In this document: positions 11,746-29,957 of the stretch, in pieces
Numbering within the stretch: position 1 is the stretch's first letter
Layout of the letters: each line of letters opens with the position of its first letter
Assembly (NCBI GenBank): GCA_002269645.1
Contig: NIVC01003134.1
Location: 1 to 64,000 of the forward strand
Direction of reading: 5' to 3'
DNA from: Macrostomum lignano
Taxonomy: Eukaryota
Length of the DNA stretch: 64,000 bases
The notes under the pieces: model-generated
Database searches by the model: none
What the model saw: only the letters and a program-made list of their open reading frames with translations
Told to the model about the DNA's origin: nothing
Position numbers and translations under genes: made by a program

Positions 11746-12006
11746 GGCTGATAGTGAAAAATGACCATTTTGTAAGAAAGAGGGGCAAGAGGACTCTTGG
11801 GCTATTAGAAGATCAATCCTAAGGAGGATTTTTCAGGCTCTACCAGTTAAACAGATTAATTAGCTAAATAAAAATGGTGTGTATAAAATATACATGGAGG
11901 ACGTGTAGTATCTGAAAATAAATTTTAATTGTTGCAGATCTTTCCTGAAATTCAAGTCTCCATGTGCTGTAATGCACCTGTCTCCAATCCTCACTCAGCC
12001 ACTCAC

Positions 12007-12545
12007 CTGAAAGCCGGGTTTGCAGGTGCACCTGAACCCTCCAGGCTCGTCAACGCACTCGCCCCCATTCAGACAGGCCCCGCCGAACTGCTCGCATTCG
12101 TTCACGTCGATCTGGCAGCGACTGCCGGTGAAACCGCGTCGACACTGGCACACCGGAAGTTCGACGCCAACCAACTGGAAACAGCGGCCGCCGTTCAGAC
12201 ACCAGGACTGCCACCGGCTGGAATTGCAGGGTTCCGGCTGGACTGTCGGCAAGCCGGTCGGCTGCGATAAATGCTCGCAGTATCGGCCTCGAAATCCCGC
12301 ATGACAACGGCAGTTGAATCCGCCAGCTGCTGTCGGCAAGCAGCGGCCTCGGCCAAGACACGATGATTCGGTGCACGGGTTCAGCAGCTGCTCGCAGCGA
12401 AGGCCCAACCAGCCGGACGCGCAGTCGCATACGAATGTGCCGGTGGCGGCGAAGCTTCTGCACAGGCCACCGTGAAGGCACGGCTGGTTCGAGGCGCAGG
12501 GATCTGACACCGATTCTGACTGCGGTGGGACTTCGCAGCGGGTGC
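12007..12545 (-). CDS. Notch-like receptor exon, 4 EGF repeats (one Ca-binding)
   Basis: Acceptor CTGCAG|GC (phase 1, G-TRCEV) and donor CAG|GTGAGT at 12006. Repeats: DPCASNQPC..., NPCTESSC..., EPCNSSRWQSWC..., DVNECEQFGGACLNGGECVDEPGGFRC. Confidence 0.95.
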
Positions 12546-12589
12546 CTGCAGAGGAATTTGGCGAGGGTGAGTATTTTGTGATGGTTTTG

Positions 12590-13070
12590 CGGTGGGTGGT
12601 GGGTGAGGGTCGGCTGTGGGGTGGCGGGTGAGGGGGTCGGCTGTGGGGTTGTGGGTGAGGGGGTTGGCTGTGGGGTGGTGGGTGAGGGTGTTGGCTGTGG
12701 GGTGGTGGGTGATGGGGTTGGCTGTAGGTGGTGGGTGACGGGGTTGGCTGTAGGTGGTGGGTGACGGGGTCGGCTGTGGGGTGGCGGGTGAGGGGGTCAG
12801 CTGTGGGGTTGTGGGTGAGGCGGTTGGCTGTGGGGTGGTGGGTGAGGGTGTTGGCTGTGGGGTGGTGGGTGATGGGGTTGGCTGTAGGTGGTGGGTGACG
12901 GGGTTGGCTGTAGGTGGTGGGTGACGGGGTTGGCTGTGGGGTGGTGGCTGAGGGGTTGGCTGTGGGGTGGTGGGTGGAGGGGGTCGGCTGTGGGGTGATG
13001 GGTGAAGGGGTTGGCTGTGGGTTGGTGGGTGTGGAGGTTGGCTGTGGGGTGGTGGTGAGGGGGTTGGCTG
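12590..13070. repeat. 27-bp G-rich minisatellite next to the exon acceptor
   Basis: Unit GGGTGAGGGGGTTGGCTGTGGGGTGGT. Confidence 0.9.
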
Positions 13071-13864
13071 TAAATTAGTTAATTTCACTAACGTCCCCTA
13101 GAGTGCTTGAGGGAGTCCTCAGTCCTCTAACAGCTGTGACTTAAAATGTTTTTTTGCTTTCTCTAGTCAGCTTGTAGCAGTTCTTTTTTCAATTTCAGCA
13201 CGTTCTAGAAGAGAGTGTTTCGCTGTCTGGGCACTGAATTGCCATTAAATTTGAGGTCCACATCGGCAACTGCATATTAAAGATTTCCCAAAGGAATTGG
13301 TATTTGCAGTTGAAGGCTTGGCTCGAAAGCTTTGCAAAGTGACAGAGCTTGAGTAGGATCGAGTTTCAAATCCTCTCTTTTTCGCTGAGATGGGGAGCAT
13401 TCAGTTCTTCCCAAAATAGTACCCTAGTTATAGTTTTTTCCCCATTCCTGCTTAACTCTAATGGGGAACTGTTCAGCAGAAAAACAGTTTCTTTTTCATA
13501 TTGTTGTCACTTTTTTGCATGCTGTTTCTATTAATTCCAGCCATCAGCCCCATTAGCAGCAACGCTTTTTTCTTCCTGTTCTTAGGGGATAAAAATCTGT
13601 TGGGATCAGAGAGGATTCCGGGTTAGGGGTCTGGGCTGAAATGGCTTGATTTTGATATTTTTTTGTCGGATCAATTCTTGCATGTTTTCCCGAACAAGGC
13701 CAACATCAGCTTGCAGCTTCCTCAGTTCGGCCCCTGGCCTTCTGCCCTTCCCCTCCGGATGCGCTGGTCCCCGCTCTGTCAATTATCCCCTCCGAGGCGA
13801 GGGGAAACCGGATAAATGGTTGCCAGATTGGAGCTCGGGTCACTGCAAAGTGCTGGCTGTCTCT

Positions 13865-14390
13865 GTGTCTGACTCTCTGACACCCTGACTCTCTGACACT
13901 CTGACTCTCTGACACCCTGACTCTCTGACACCCTGACTCTGACACCCTGACTCTCTGACACCCTGACTCTCTGACACCCTGACTCTCTGACACCTTGACT
14001 CTCTGACACCCTGACTCTCTGACACTCTGACTCTCTGACACCCTGACTCTCTGTCACCCTGACTCTCTGACACCCTGACTCTCTGACACCCTGACTCTCT
14101 GACACCCTGACTCTCTGACACCCTGACTCTCTGACACCCTGACTCTCTGACACTCTGACTCTCTGACACCTTGACTCACTGACACCTTGACTCACTGACA
14201 CCCTGACTCTCTGACACCCTGACTCTCTGACACCCTGACTCTCTGACACCCTGACTCTCTGACACCCTGACTCTCTGACACCCTGACTCTTTGACACCTT
14301 GACTCTCTGACACCCTGACTCTCTGACACTCTGACTCTCTGACACCCTGACTCTCTGACACCCTGACTCTCTGCCACCACTCTCTGACTT
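13865..14390. repeat. 16-bp minisatellite (intronic)
   Basis: Unit CTGACTCTCTGACACC. Confidence 0.95.
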
Positions 14391-15239
14391 TCCCAGAGCC
14401 TCTAAATCTTCTGACTGTAAATCTCTGAGACTCTCTGACTTTCTCAAACTCTGACATTTTGACACCCTAGCTGTGTGAGCATGTGTATGAGTGCGGGCCT
14501 GCGTGCAGTATTGGCGCCTTTGTACGAGTTTGCTTAATCTTGCAGCCTGAGGAGAGTTGGAGGCGGGGGTCCAGGTCTTCTGCAGGGGAAATAAGCCAGC
14601 TTGTTTCGGAAGTCCCTGAGCCAACCCGAATGTCCGGGAGACTATTTTCTTCAAATTAAAATAATTACTTCATGAAAAACGTAGACACGCGCCGTTAGAC
14701 TAAGGATTTCAGATTTTGCCTCAAAGTTTTAGCCACTCGGACCAAATATTTGAGCTTCGAATAGGACTCGAAAGAGACTGCATGTCAGGATGTATATTGT
14801 GTGTCATATTTCTGTGGCATCATTTTTAACAGAAATCGTGACTGGAGAGACACAAATTTGCAGAACTGCCTGCCGCCTTCAACCCTCAGTTGCCACTTAA
14901 TTATTTAACACCACATATCGAGGAGAAAGGCACATCAGCCTAGTTATCGAGCTAAAAGGCACACAGAGAGAGAGAGAGAGAGAGTGGGCACAGACTGGGA
15001 CAGAGAGGCAAAGAGCGGATCGATGAAGAGCTCGAGAGCGCAGCAGATTGGGTTGTCAATCTTGGCATCAGCTGCGATTGTTGGTTAAAAGGCAGACAGG
15101 CGGACAGTGATTCTTGAATTTGTCACTAGTAAAATTTCGATTCGGCTTAAATATAATGGGGGTGTTTTGTGCGTTCGAAATTTCAGTAATGCGATGCTAA
15201 GTTTTAAGTTCGTGAAGCTTCGAGCTTATGAAATTTTCA

Positions 15240-16296
15240 GTTTGTGAAGTTTAGAGTTTGTGAAGTTTAGAGTGTGTGTAGCTTCGAGTTTGTGAAGTTT
15301 AGAGTGTGTGAAGTTTAGAGTTTGTGAAGTTTAGAGTGTGTGTAGCTTCGAGTTTGTGAAGTTTAGAGTTTGTGAAGTTTAGAGTTTGTGAAGTTTAGAG
15401 TTTGTGAAGTTTAGAGTTTGTGAAGCTTCGAGTTTGTGAAGTTTAGAGTTTGTGAAGTTTAGAGTGTGTGAAGTTTAGAGTTTGTGAAGTTTAGAGTTTG
15501 TGAAGTTTAGAGTGTGTGAAGTTTAGAGTGTGTGAAGTTTAGAGTTTGTGAAGTTTAGAGTGTGTGTAGCTTCGAGTTTGTGAAGTTTAGAGTTTGTGAA
15601 GTTTAGAGTTTGTGAAGTTTAGAGTTTGTGAAGTTTAGAGTTTGTGAAGTTTAGAGTTTGTGAAGTTTAGAGTGTGTGTAGCTTCGAGTTTGTGAAGTTT
15701 AGAGTTTGTGAAGTTTAGAGTTTGTGAAGTTTAGAGTTTGTGAAGTTTAGAGTTTGTGAAGTTTAGAGTTTGTGAAGTTTAGAGTTTGTGAAGTTTAGAG
15801 TTTGTGAAGTTTAGAGTTTGTGAAGTTTAGAGTGTGTGAAGTTTAGAGTGTGTGAAGTTTAGAGTTTGTGAAGTTTAGAGTTTGTGAAGTTTAGAGTTTG
15901 TGAAGTTTAGAGTTTGTGAAGTTTAGAGTTTGTGAAGCTTCGAGTGTGTGAAGTTTAGAGTTTGTGAAGTTTAGAGTTTGTGAAGTTTAGAGTTTGTGAA
16001 GTTTAGAGTGTGTGAAGTTTAGAGTTTGTGAAGTTTAGAGTTTGTGAAGTTTAGAGTTTGTGAAGTTTAGAGTTTGTGAAGTTTAGAGTTTGTGAAGCTT
16101 CGAGTTTGTGAAGCTTCGAGTTTGTGAAGCTTCGAGTTTGTGAAGCTTCGAGTTTGTGAAGCTTCGAGTTTGTGAAGCTTCGAGTTGAGAAGTTTAGAGT
16201 TTGTGAAGTTTAGAGTTTGTGAAGTTTCGAGTTTGTGAAGCTTCGAGTTTGTGAAGTTTCGAGTTTGTGAAGCTTAGAGTTTGTGAAGTTTAGAGT
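15240..16296. repeat. 16-bp minisatellite (intronic)
   Basis: Unit GTTTAGAGTTTGTGAA, variants GCTTCGAG and GTGTGTA. Confidence 0.95.
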
Positions 16297-16750
16297 ACCG
16301 CTGCATGAATATGTTGGAGTTCGAGTTCGATTTTTACAAAAATATTCACCGAAACCAGTTATAACAAGCAGTTAACTTCAATAATTCAATCACGCTGGTT
16401 CAAGGCAGACCCCAATCAGAGTGACATTGTTAGAAAGAAATAGGACGAAACAATAAAATCAATGTGTACGCGACTTCGTTCAAGAATTCAGACGAATATT
16501 ATGGAAGTTGGAGAAACAAGTATCAATAGAAAATTCCTTTGTTATATGGAAATATAGATTTATATAAAAACGCATAGCCTTTTCTACACTTTTTAATTTT
16601 TGTAATTTTGTAACTTCATTTCGGATCAGGTTTTCATTTGGGATCTGTCTGCATGCCTGTCATTCCATCTGTCTGTCTACCATTCTGTCTTTACCTCCTA
16701 CTCTATTTTCATCTCCATCTCCATCCCCCATTGTCCGCCTCTCCTTTCAC

Positions 16751-17211
16751 CTGAAAATCCGTCAACGCAGCGACATTTGCCGTCGAAATCGCCGCTGCAG
16801 ACGCCACCGTTGTAGCAGCCGCCGTTCAGCCGACAGTCGATCGCTGTTGAAGGTCGAGACGGTGACAAAGGCAGCTCGCAGTGCCGACCCTCGAAGCCGG
16901 CCGGGCACTGACAGCTGTACCCGCCCTCAGTGTTGACGCAACTGCCTCCGTTGGCGCACGGAGCCGACAGGCACTCGTTGACGTCAATGCTGCACGTGTC
17001 GCCTACAAAACCAGACGGACAGAGGCACTGGAAGCCCCAGCTGGTGGAGTTCACCACGCATGCGCTGGCCGGATGGCACGGGCTGTGCTGGCACGGATCG
17101 GGCAGCTCGCAGCGGTCGCCGACGAAGCCCTGCGGACAGGCGCACGTCAGCGAGCCGGCGGTGCAGACACCGCCGTGTTGGCAGGGCTCGTGGCGGCAGT
17201 CCGATGAAGCC
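16751..17211 (-). CDS. Notch-like receptor exon, 4 EGF repeats (one Ca-binding); exact acceptor uncertain (17222, 17216 or 17212)
   Basis: DCRHEPCQHGGVC..., DPCQHSPC..., DVNECLSAPCANGGSCVNTEGGYSCQC, DCRLNGGC...CVDGFS. Donor CAG|GTGAAA at 16750, phase 1, matches the next exon. Confidence 0.92.
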
Positions 17212-17237
17212 CTGACTGCGGCTGCGGGGGGGGGGTG

Positions 17238-17669
17238 AGGGGACATTGTCTGAAGTCTGAGGGACATTATCTGAGGGACATTGTCTGAGGGACATTGTCT
17301 GAGGGACATTGTCTGAGGGAAATTTTCTGATGGACATTGTCTGAGGGACATTGTCTGAGGGATATTGTCTGAGGGACATTGTCTGAGGGACATTTTCTGA
17401 TGGACATTGTCTGAGGGACATTGTCTGAGGGACATTTTCTGAGGGACATTGTCTGAGTGACATTGTCTGAGGGACATTGTCTGAGGGACATTTTCTGATG
17501 GACATTGTCTGAGGGACATTGTCTGAGGGATATTGTCTGAGGGACATTGTCTGAGGGACATTTTCTGAGGGACATTGTCTGAGTGACATTGTCTGAGGGA
17601 CATTGTCTGAGGGACTTTGTCTGAGGGACATTGTCTGAGGGACATTGTCTGAGGGACATTGTCTGAGGG
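17238..17669. repeat. 14-bp minisatellite abutting the polypyrimidine tract of the EGF exon
   Basis: Unit GAGGGACATTGTCT. Confidence 0.95.
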
Positions 17670-18375
17670 AAGGAAGTCTGTCACACTGTTTGTCATATTG
17701 CTTGTCATATTGTCTGTCATACTGTCTGTCAACCTATCTGTTTGTTCAGTGTCTCATTGAGTCATTTGAGAGTTTTATCAATTGGCTCGCACGCTACGAG
17801 AGTGTTTAGTATTTTTGTCTGCATGACATTGTATAAACCCATCAAACCAACATCTTCGACGCACTTCATCATGGCGTCATCAAAATCGATCAGCTGTTCA
17901 ATAAAACATTTTTTACAATGCTGCAAGCAAGCAAAGAGAAAAAGGATTAACCCTGACCGTAAAATTCCTTTGGGATTTGGTAGTTCATGGAATAGAGAGG
18001 CATAACAGCGTTTCTATTGGCAAGTCCGCCTACCGAACTCATCACTGAACTGCTGGTCAGGAATTCTGTCTGTAATTTTTAATTACAGGTCGAACACCTA
18101 CTTAGAACTGTTACTAAACAGAGGCGTAGGATGGGGACAGAGATGCGAGGGGAAAGATAGTCAAAGAAGGACTCAAACAGGCCGATTCATTGGCATGCTG
18201 GATCTGCATCGTAGCATTCGGTCCCCAGAGAGTGGCCATGTGCTGTGCGAAAGTCGCATGACTAGATGACTAGATTAGCATCAGGCACACACCTTTCCCT
18301 GTGAACTCTCCTCATCTGATAGCATGTATAAGCATTTCTGCGAATTTTATTCTGCTTGCGGAACATTGTGTTTAT

Positions 18376-18847
<472 letters not shown>

Positions 18848-18867
18848 AGCACACACGCAGTCTCACG

Positions 18868-19021
18868 GCCCGTTGCACCGCAGACTGGTTACGAGAGCGC
18901 TGACTGCTGAAACTTCGGTCCATTCGGCATGAAAGTCGGCCCCAGTTGCATTGTAAACCTGTAACACGGCTGTCTGGCGGCCAGAAGCATTGCCGAGAAA
19001 GCCCCACGGGAAAATATGTTC
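18868..19021 (-). CDS. Candidate upstream non-EGF exon of the Notch-like gene
   Basis: GC-balanced island between microsatellites. Acceptor TTGATCAG|, open frame HIFPWGFLGNASGRQTAVLQVYNATGADF...LRCNGP, donor CC|GTGAGA (phase 2, compatible with the acceptor at 17212). Confidence 0.3.
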
Positions 19022-19261
19022 TGATCAATTATTCACTGCTGCGGCGCCCGGCTGCTGTCGCATCTGCTGGCCAGGCAGATTCGGCCGCGGCGGCCAGCAA
19101 TGAAAACAGATATTATTTTAAAGTGAAAATTGGCCGGTAGAAGCTTCGCACTTTTTGTGCATCAGTTGCGGCTGGCTTTTGTTTTTTGACACTTCGGCTT
19201 GGGCAGAAAGCTTTTTATGTTCTATTTATCCATGTGGTGATACTGTCTCTCCACTGATTGA

Positions 19262-19758
<497 letters not shown>

Positions 19759-20449
19759 GGTCAGAGCAGTTGTTCACTGCGACATCTATACTATAGCCAC
19801 CAGAAAGTAGACAGTTATCAGACCGGTGCTCCCAGCTGCACACAGATGGCGGTGTAAATCTTAGTTTACAGGGCAGAGCTCATTAGCTTGTTCGCATAAA
19901 TTTTTAAAATGATCTCCAAAAACTGTGTACACCAGCTACCAGTTAGCTGTATCAGGCACCATCTCAGAGCTCTGCAGTACAGTCAACAATAGAATGTGCT
20001 GCATTTGAGTTCAATAGAGTTTTCTGTAGTCACGATATCCGTTGGCTCGTTGAACAAAAGTCGATGGGTCACAGATGGAGCAGGCTCCCTCTCGTATGGG
20101 ATATCGATCTGAGCTAGGGGGGGGGGTGCTCAGCTAAAAATACACTTTACCGAGTCACAGAGAAGGAAATCCACAAAAAAGGGAGTCAAAGTTCCTTTGA
20201 CTGCGGCGCAGAATGCAGTTACGAGATTTGGACTGGTAGGGCAGGCGGTAGGGCAGGGCAGAACGAGAGGAAGCCGCCCTTTTTGTAAATCGTTTGTCAA
20301 ATATGAGTTTTTTGATATGAGTGTACTTAAATTTATTTCAGCTTTTTCAATGGATTGTAAAAGTTTTTGACAAAATTAGCAAACTATTACAATAATTGAC
20401 TTTAGAAACATTGTCAACGGCATCCAGGAAACAGAAAGTAAGCCAGATA

Positions 20450-22096
20450 TACCTCAGGAACCAAAACAGACCTCAGGAACTAAAACAGACCTCAGGAACT
20501 AAAAACAGACCTCAGGAACTAAAAACAGACCTCAGGAACCTAAAACAGACCTCAGGAACTAAAATAGACCTCAGGAATCTAAAACAGACCTCAGGAACTA
20601 CAACAGACCCCAGGAACTACAACAGACCCCAGGAACTACAACAGACCCCAGGAACTACAACAGACCCCAGTAACCAAAACAGACCCCAGGAACTACAACA
20701 GACCCCAGGAACTACAACAGACCCCAGGAACTACAACAGACCCCAGGAACCAAAACAGACCCCAGGAACTACAACAGACCTCAGGAACTAAAACAGACCT
20801 CAGGAACTACAACAGACCTCAGGAACTACAACAGACCTCAGGAACTACAACAGACCTCAGGAACTACAACAGACCTCAGGAACTACAACAGACCTCAGGA
20901 ACTACAACAGACCTCAAGAACTACAACAGACCTCAGGAACTACAACAGACCCCAGGAACTAAAACAGACCCCAGGAACTAAAACAGACCTCAGGAACTAC
21001 AACAGACCTCAGGAACTAAAACAGACCTCAGAAACCTAAAACAGACCTAAGCAACTAAAGCAGACCTCAGGAACCTAAAACAGACCTCAGGAACCTAAAA
21101 CAGACCTCAGGAACCTAAAAAAGACCTCAGGAACTAAAAACAGACCTCAGGAACTAAAAACAGACCTCAGGAACTAAAAACAGACATCAGGAACTAAAAA
21201 CAGACCCCAGGAACCTAAAACAGACCCCAGGAACTAAAAACAGACCTCAGAAACTAAAACAGACCTCAGGAACTAAAAACAGACCTCAGGAACCTAAAAC
21301 AGACCCCAGGAACCAAAACAGACCTCAGGAACCAAAACAGACCTCAGGAACTAAAAACAGACAAAACAGACCTCAGGAACTAAAACAGACCTCAGGAACT
21401 AAAACAGACCTCAGGAACCAAAACAGACCTCAGAAACTAAAACAGACCTCAGGAACTAAAAACAGACCTCAGAAACTAAAACAGACCTCAGGAACTAAAA
21501 ACAGACCTCAGGAACCTAAAAAAGACCCCAGGAACTAAAACAGACATCAGGAACTAAAAACAGACCTCAGGAACTAAAAACAGACCTTAGGAACTAAAAC
21601 AGACCTCAGGAACCTAAAACAGACCCCAGGAACTAAAAACAGACCTCACGAACTAAAACAGACCTCAGGACTAAAAACAGACCTCAGGAACTAAAACAGA
21701 CCCCAGGACCAAAACAGACCTCAGGAACCTAAAACAGACCCAGGAACTAAAAACAGACCTCAGGAACCAAAACAGACCTCAGGAACCTAAAACAGACCTC
21801 AGGAACTAAAACAGACCTCGGGAACTAAAGCAGACCTCAGGAACCAAAACAGACCTCAGGAACTAAAACAGACCTCGGGAACTAAAGCAGACCCAGGAAC
21901 CAAAACAGACCTCAGGAACCAAAACAGACCTCAGGAACCAAAACAGACCTCAGGAACCAAAACAGACCTCAGGAACCAAAACAGACCTTAGGAACCAAAA
22001 CAGACCTCAGGAACCAAAATAGACCTCAGCAACTAAAACAGACCTCAGGAAACTAAAAACAGACCTTAGGAACCCAAAATAGACCTCAGGAACTAA
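20450..22096. repeat. 19-20-bp minisatellite
   Basis: Unit CAGACCTCAGGAAC(T/C)AAAA(A), sub-block variant CAGACCCCAGGAACTACAA. Confidence 0.95.
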
Positions 22097-23499
22097 ACAA
22101 TTTCATTGTACTCATCAAGTATTCATATCCAAGACCAAACCCTTTGCACCAAAATTCGAGAACAAACAACCCGTCTTCATTCCGGTCGCGACCAAGTGAT
22201 TTGCAAAGCAAATTTTGCTACATATAGAATATCTTTAACACCCAGGCGCCTCCAAACTGACAGATGCAGAATTCCCTTCAAAACTTGCTGTCCAGAATCT
22301 TTTCTCGTTTTTAACGCGCCGCGGCCATCCCTGTTTCCTCTGGCCGGTATTGCAAGAAAGAAACAATTTCGGCAACAGTTGCTACGGGAGTTGAAGGGAG
22401 TGTAACCCAGACCTGACTGACAACAACAAGTCGCAAATTCTAAAAAAATTGTTCCCAGAAGCTTCCGGGGGTCGGGCGGGGGGGAGTTCGGATATCCTTC
22501 AACCAAAATCGAAAGTTATAGTTGGGATTCTATTTGGGCCGAACACGCCCCCCCCCCTTCGCAACCCGTCCCAGCTGTGAAAGAATCTGCATGGCTTACT
22601 GGAACTGCCGACACCGCCCGCTTCCGAGGGGTCTGGGGAGAAAGTGCTAATCTGAGAGCTAAACTGTCCCAGAACCGTCGGAAGCTTATTTTGCTGAATT
22701 TCTTATAAAACAACTAAACAAATCTACGGTCCCCGAGACCGATATTGTCTATGGTTGAATCCCATTCAGTTGCTATGCATTCTCGAGAGCCTACTTTGTA
22801 AATGCACTAGCGTAGCGGTACGACAAGTACACATTCCTAGCGGCCTGCAGCTCATTTCTAAAAAAACAAAGCATGCAACAGCAATGTCGGTGCGTGATTT
22901 ACAGTTTGATTCTCGATCTAGCAAAACCTATACAAGCTAAATTCACGAGGTCGAAAATGTCCCGATCGGCACTGCTTTGAGAATGCAAACTGCAGAGTAA
23001 GAGCATAGATAGCTAGCTAGTTGAGCCCAATTAATGCTCGCATTGAGCGCAGGCACTACCAGCAGAGATTGACACGCAATTTCTCTGTTGATGGAGCTAA
23101 TCTGTGCTTGACCGAAAAGTTTCCGAATGCAAGCTTTGGCTTGCAGGACTACTGCAGTCGTGTTGATCATCAGTGAGTTGCTGTCCAGCTCGTGAATAGG
23201 AATATAAAGGACCTAGTTTTTCTCTCTAGACTTACTGACTCGTGCACAGTGAAAGCAGAAGGGACCGCTGTGCACCCACAGATCATGCATATTTTGCTTG
23301 AGGCCAATAAACTTTGTGCTGATGTCTATGGCCAGAGTATCGACTTGCCTGTCTTTTTCCGTCTGTGTCAGGGGTTGGCGAAATGTTTCACCTCATGGGG
23401 CAGATGGAAAATCTGCATGACTGTGGGCCAAGAGGAGGGGGGAGAGGATCGAGATAGAATGGAAAAGAGAGAAGAGATATAGGAGAATGGAGAGGCGAG

Positions 23500-23870
23500 G
23501 AATAAAGGAGAAGAGAGGAGAGGAAAGAGGAGAGAGGATAGAGTAGAAAATAGAAGAGAGGAGAGAAGGGAGATGGTAGGAGGGAGTGAAAGGGAGAAGA
23601 GGGAGAATATAGAAGGGAGAGGAGAGGAGAGAAGGGAGAGGAGGGAGAGGAGAGAATGGAGAGGAGAGGAGAGGAGAGGAGAGGAGAGGAGAGGAGAGGA
23701 GAGGAGAGGAGAGGAGAGGAGAGGAGAGGAGAGGAGAGGAGAGGAGAGGAGAGGAGAGGAGAGGAGAGGAGGGAGAGGAGAGAATGGAGAGGAGAGGAGA
23801 GGAGAGGAGAGGAGAGGAGAGGAGGGAGAGGAGAGGAGAGAAGAGGAGAGGAGAGGAGAGGAGAGGAGAG
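23500..23870. repeat. (GGAGA)n purine microsatellite
   Basis: Direct reading. Confidence 0.9.
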
Positions 23871-24225
23871 CGGGCCAAGTTGCTATAGTGAAGTCCCAAG
23901 GACCGAAGGTCGGGATAGAGAGGCTTCGCGGGCCGGAGTTTGCCAACCCCTGGTCTATGTGAATGTCTATGGGCCAGACCAAGTCTACCACAGCCAAATA
24001 GAAATTCACAACTTGGCTGACAAAAGCAGTATCTATTTAGTGCAATGTTTCTACTTCGAAGTAGACTGAATTATATCAATGCATTTTACCTGCTCTGAAA
24101 CAAACCTTTTTGCATTAATATACAATGAGTACATCCAGCTGAACAGGAGCAGCAACATGCAAATGCTCTCTGCATGACACTTAATACGCTACCCAAGCTG
24201 AAAGCAAATATTAACCGACAAATAC

Positions 24226-24274
24226 CTGTAAGTCCCAAAATCAGCAGTACCAACAGCCGCGTGTTCCGTTGCAT
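24226..24274 (-). CDS. Candidate signal-peptide exon (MQRNTRLLVLLILGLT-G)
   Basis: ATG at 24274, hydrophobic stretch, phase-1 donor CAG|GTATTT at 24225. Gene assignment unproven. Confidence 0.25.
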
Positions 24275-24676
24275 TGCTCACATGAAGGTGTATCTCTATG
24301 TGTTTGTTGACGCCATAGCAACAACTAGATTGGTTGAACTGCAATTTTGTTCACGTGCAATTACACACAGAGAAAGAGAGAATCTCTGTACGAATATTTA
24401 ATACAGCTGGAGCCAGATGCTTGGACTGTGGCGTCGATATGCGACTGCTGATGCTGCGCTGGCTTCTCGTCGATTCGCTGACGCCAGGGGGGCCAATAAC
24501 GGCCGCCGGCCATAGGCAAGAGCTGAGGCAAGGGCAGGTGGCCGAGGATTGTTTGCCTTAATCCGATAATAGGATAGAAATGCAGAAGTGCTCTGCATGC
24601 TTTATTAAATTGAGTTTTATGAATGCATTTCTAACTCCAGAAAGTGTTTTATGCTCAAACAAAAGTTTTATTCATA

Positions 24677-28227
<3,551 letters not shown>

Positions 28228-28934
28228 CTAAGAGGCACACGGAAAGTCTCAGTGCCCGTGTGACGGTGCCTGAAATTTGCTCACAGCTGCTTCATACTAT
28301 TGCAATCAATCCTCTTCGCTCGATCGGCACTTCATGAAAAGTGCAAAAAAGGTCATGCAGCTCAGCCCTCACCCCAGCCCCAGTTCAGAAACGTCAAAAA
28401 GTTGTCAAGCTTATTTTCACCCGAAATCCCCCAAAAACTGAAACGGAAAGATCGCAGCGGCCGGTTTTGGCACTGCAGATTTACGGCTAAGCTGCTCAAA
28501 TTCCGGGCCGCTTCATATCAATAATAAATCCGGCCAGTTCTCTTCAAAGCGGTTCGCGTGGTAACAATTTATCAAAATTGCAGATCCGCGGGCCCCAGCT
28601 GCTGGGCTGTCGCAATCGCCACCCGCGGGCATTGAATAGCGGCAAAGCGCTCAGTCCACTGTCAAGTCGGGCCTGGGACCCGCAGCTGTGTGCTGATAAT
28701 TATTGGAGGCAGTGCGCGATGGATTGAGAATTAGTGTCCCGGCAGAAACATCCAACTCGTTTGTGTGAACTCAAGTGCGTCATGCTAGCGCGCTTTGATC
28801 AGAAATTATTTTTTGGCGCTGTCTTCGATTAGCTTGCCATCGGCTGTAGTGTTCTGTCTCTCTTGACTTCTCACTTCTTTAATATAACTTCTCATCTGGC
28901 CTCTTACTTTCCGTTCTCCATCTCACTCAGCTCT

Positions 28935-29957
28935 CTCCTATCTACTCGTGCCCTCTACTCACTCCAGTGTCTCCTACTCACTCCAGTGTCTTCTACTCAC
29001 TCCAGTGTCTTCTACTCACTCCAGTGTCTCCTACTCACTCCAGTGTCTTCTACTCACTCCAGTGTCTCCTACTCACTCCAGTGTCTTCTACTCACTCCAG
29101 TGTCTCCTACTCACTCCAGTGTCTTCTACTCACTCCAGTGTCTCCTACTCACTCCAGTGTCTTCTACTCACTCCATTGTCTTCTACTCACTCCAGTGTCT
29201 TCTACTCACTCCAACTGTCTTCTACTCACTCCAGTGTCTTCTACTCACTCCAGTGTCTCCTACTCACTCCAGTGTCTTCTACTCACTCCATTGTCTTCTA
29301 CTCACTTCAGTGTCTTCTACTCACTCCATTGTCTTCTACTCACTCCATTGTCTTCTACTCACTCCAGTGTCTTCTACTCACTCCATTGTCTTCTACTCAC
29401 TCCATTGTCTTCTACTCACTCCAGTGTCTTCTACTCACTCCAACTGTCTTCTACTCACTCCAGTGTCTTCTACTCACTCCAACTGTCTTCTACTCACTCC
29501 AACTGTCTTCTACTCACTCCAACTGTCTTCTACTCACTCTAGTGTCTTCTACTCACTTCAGTGTCTTCTACTCACTCCATTGTCTTCTACTCACTCCAGT
29601 GTCTTCTACTCACTCCAACTGTCTTCTACTCACTCCAGTGTCTTCTACTCACTCCAACTGTCTTCTACTCACTCCAACTGTCTTCTACTCACTCCAACTG
29701 TCTTCTAATCACTCCAACTGTCTTCTAATCACCCCAACTGTCTTCTAATCACCCCAACTGTCTTCTACTCACTTTAACTGTCTTCTACTCACTTAACTGT
29801 CTCCTACTCACTCCAACTGTCTTCTAATCACTCCAACTGTCTCCTACTCACCCCAACTGTCTCCTACTCACTCCAACTGTCTCCTACTCACTCCAACTGT
29901 CTCCTACTCACTCCAACTATCTCCTACTCACTCCAACTGTCTCCTACTCACTCCAGT
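28935..29957. repeat. 19-bp minisatellite
   Basis: Unit CTACTCACTCCAGTGTCT(T/C), drifting to ...CCAACTGTCTT. Confidence 0.95.

Noticed and set aside
22177-22713. ORFs and G/C-run motif as a gene or MITE end
   Set aside because: No domain similarity, and no matching second TIR or TSD found
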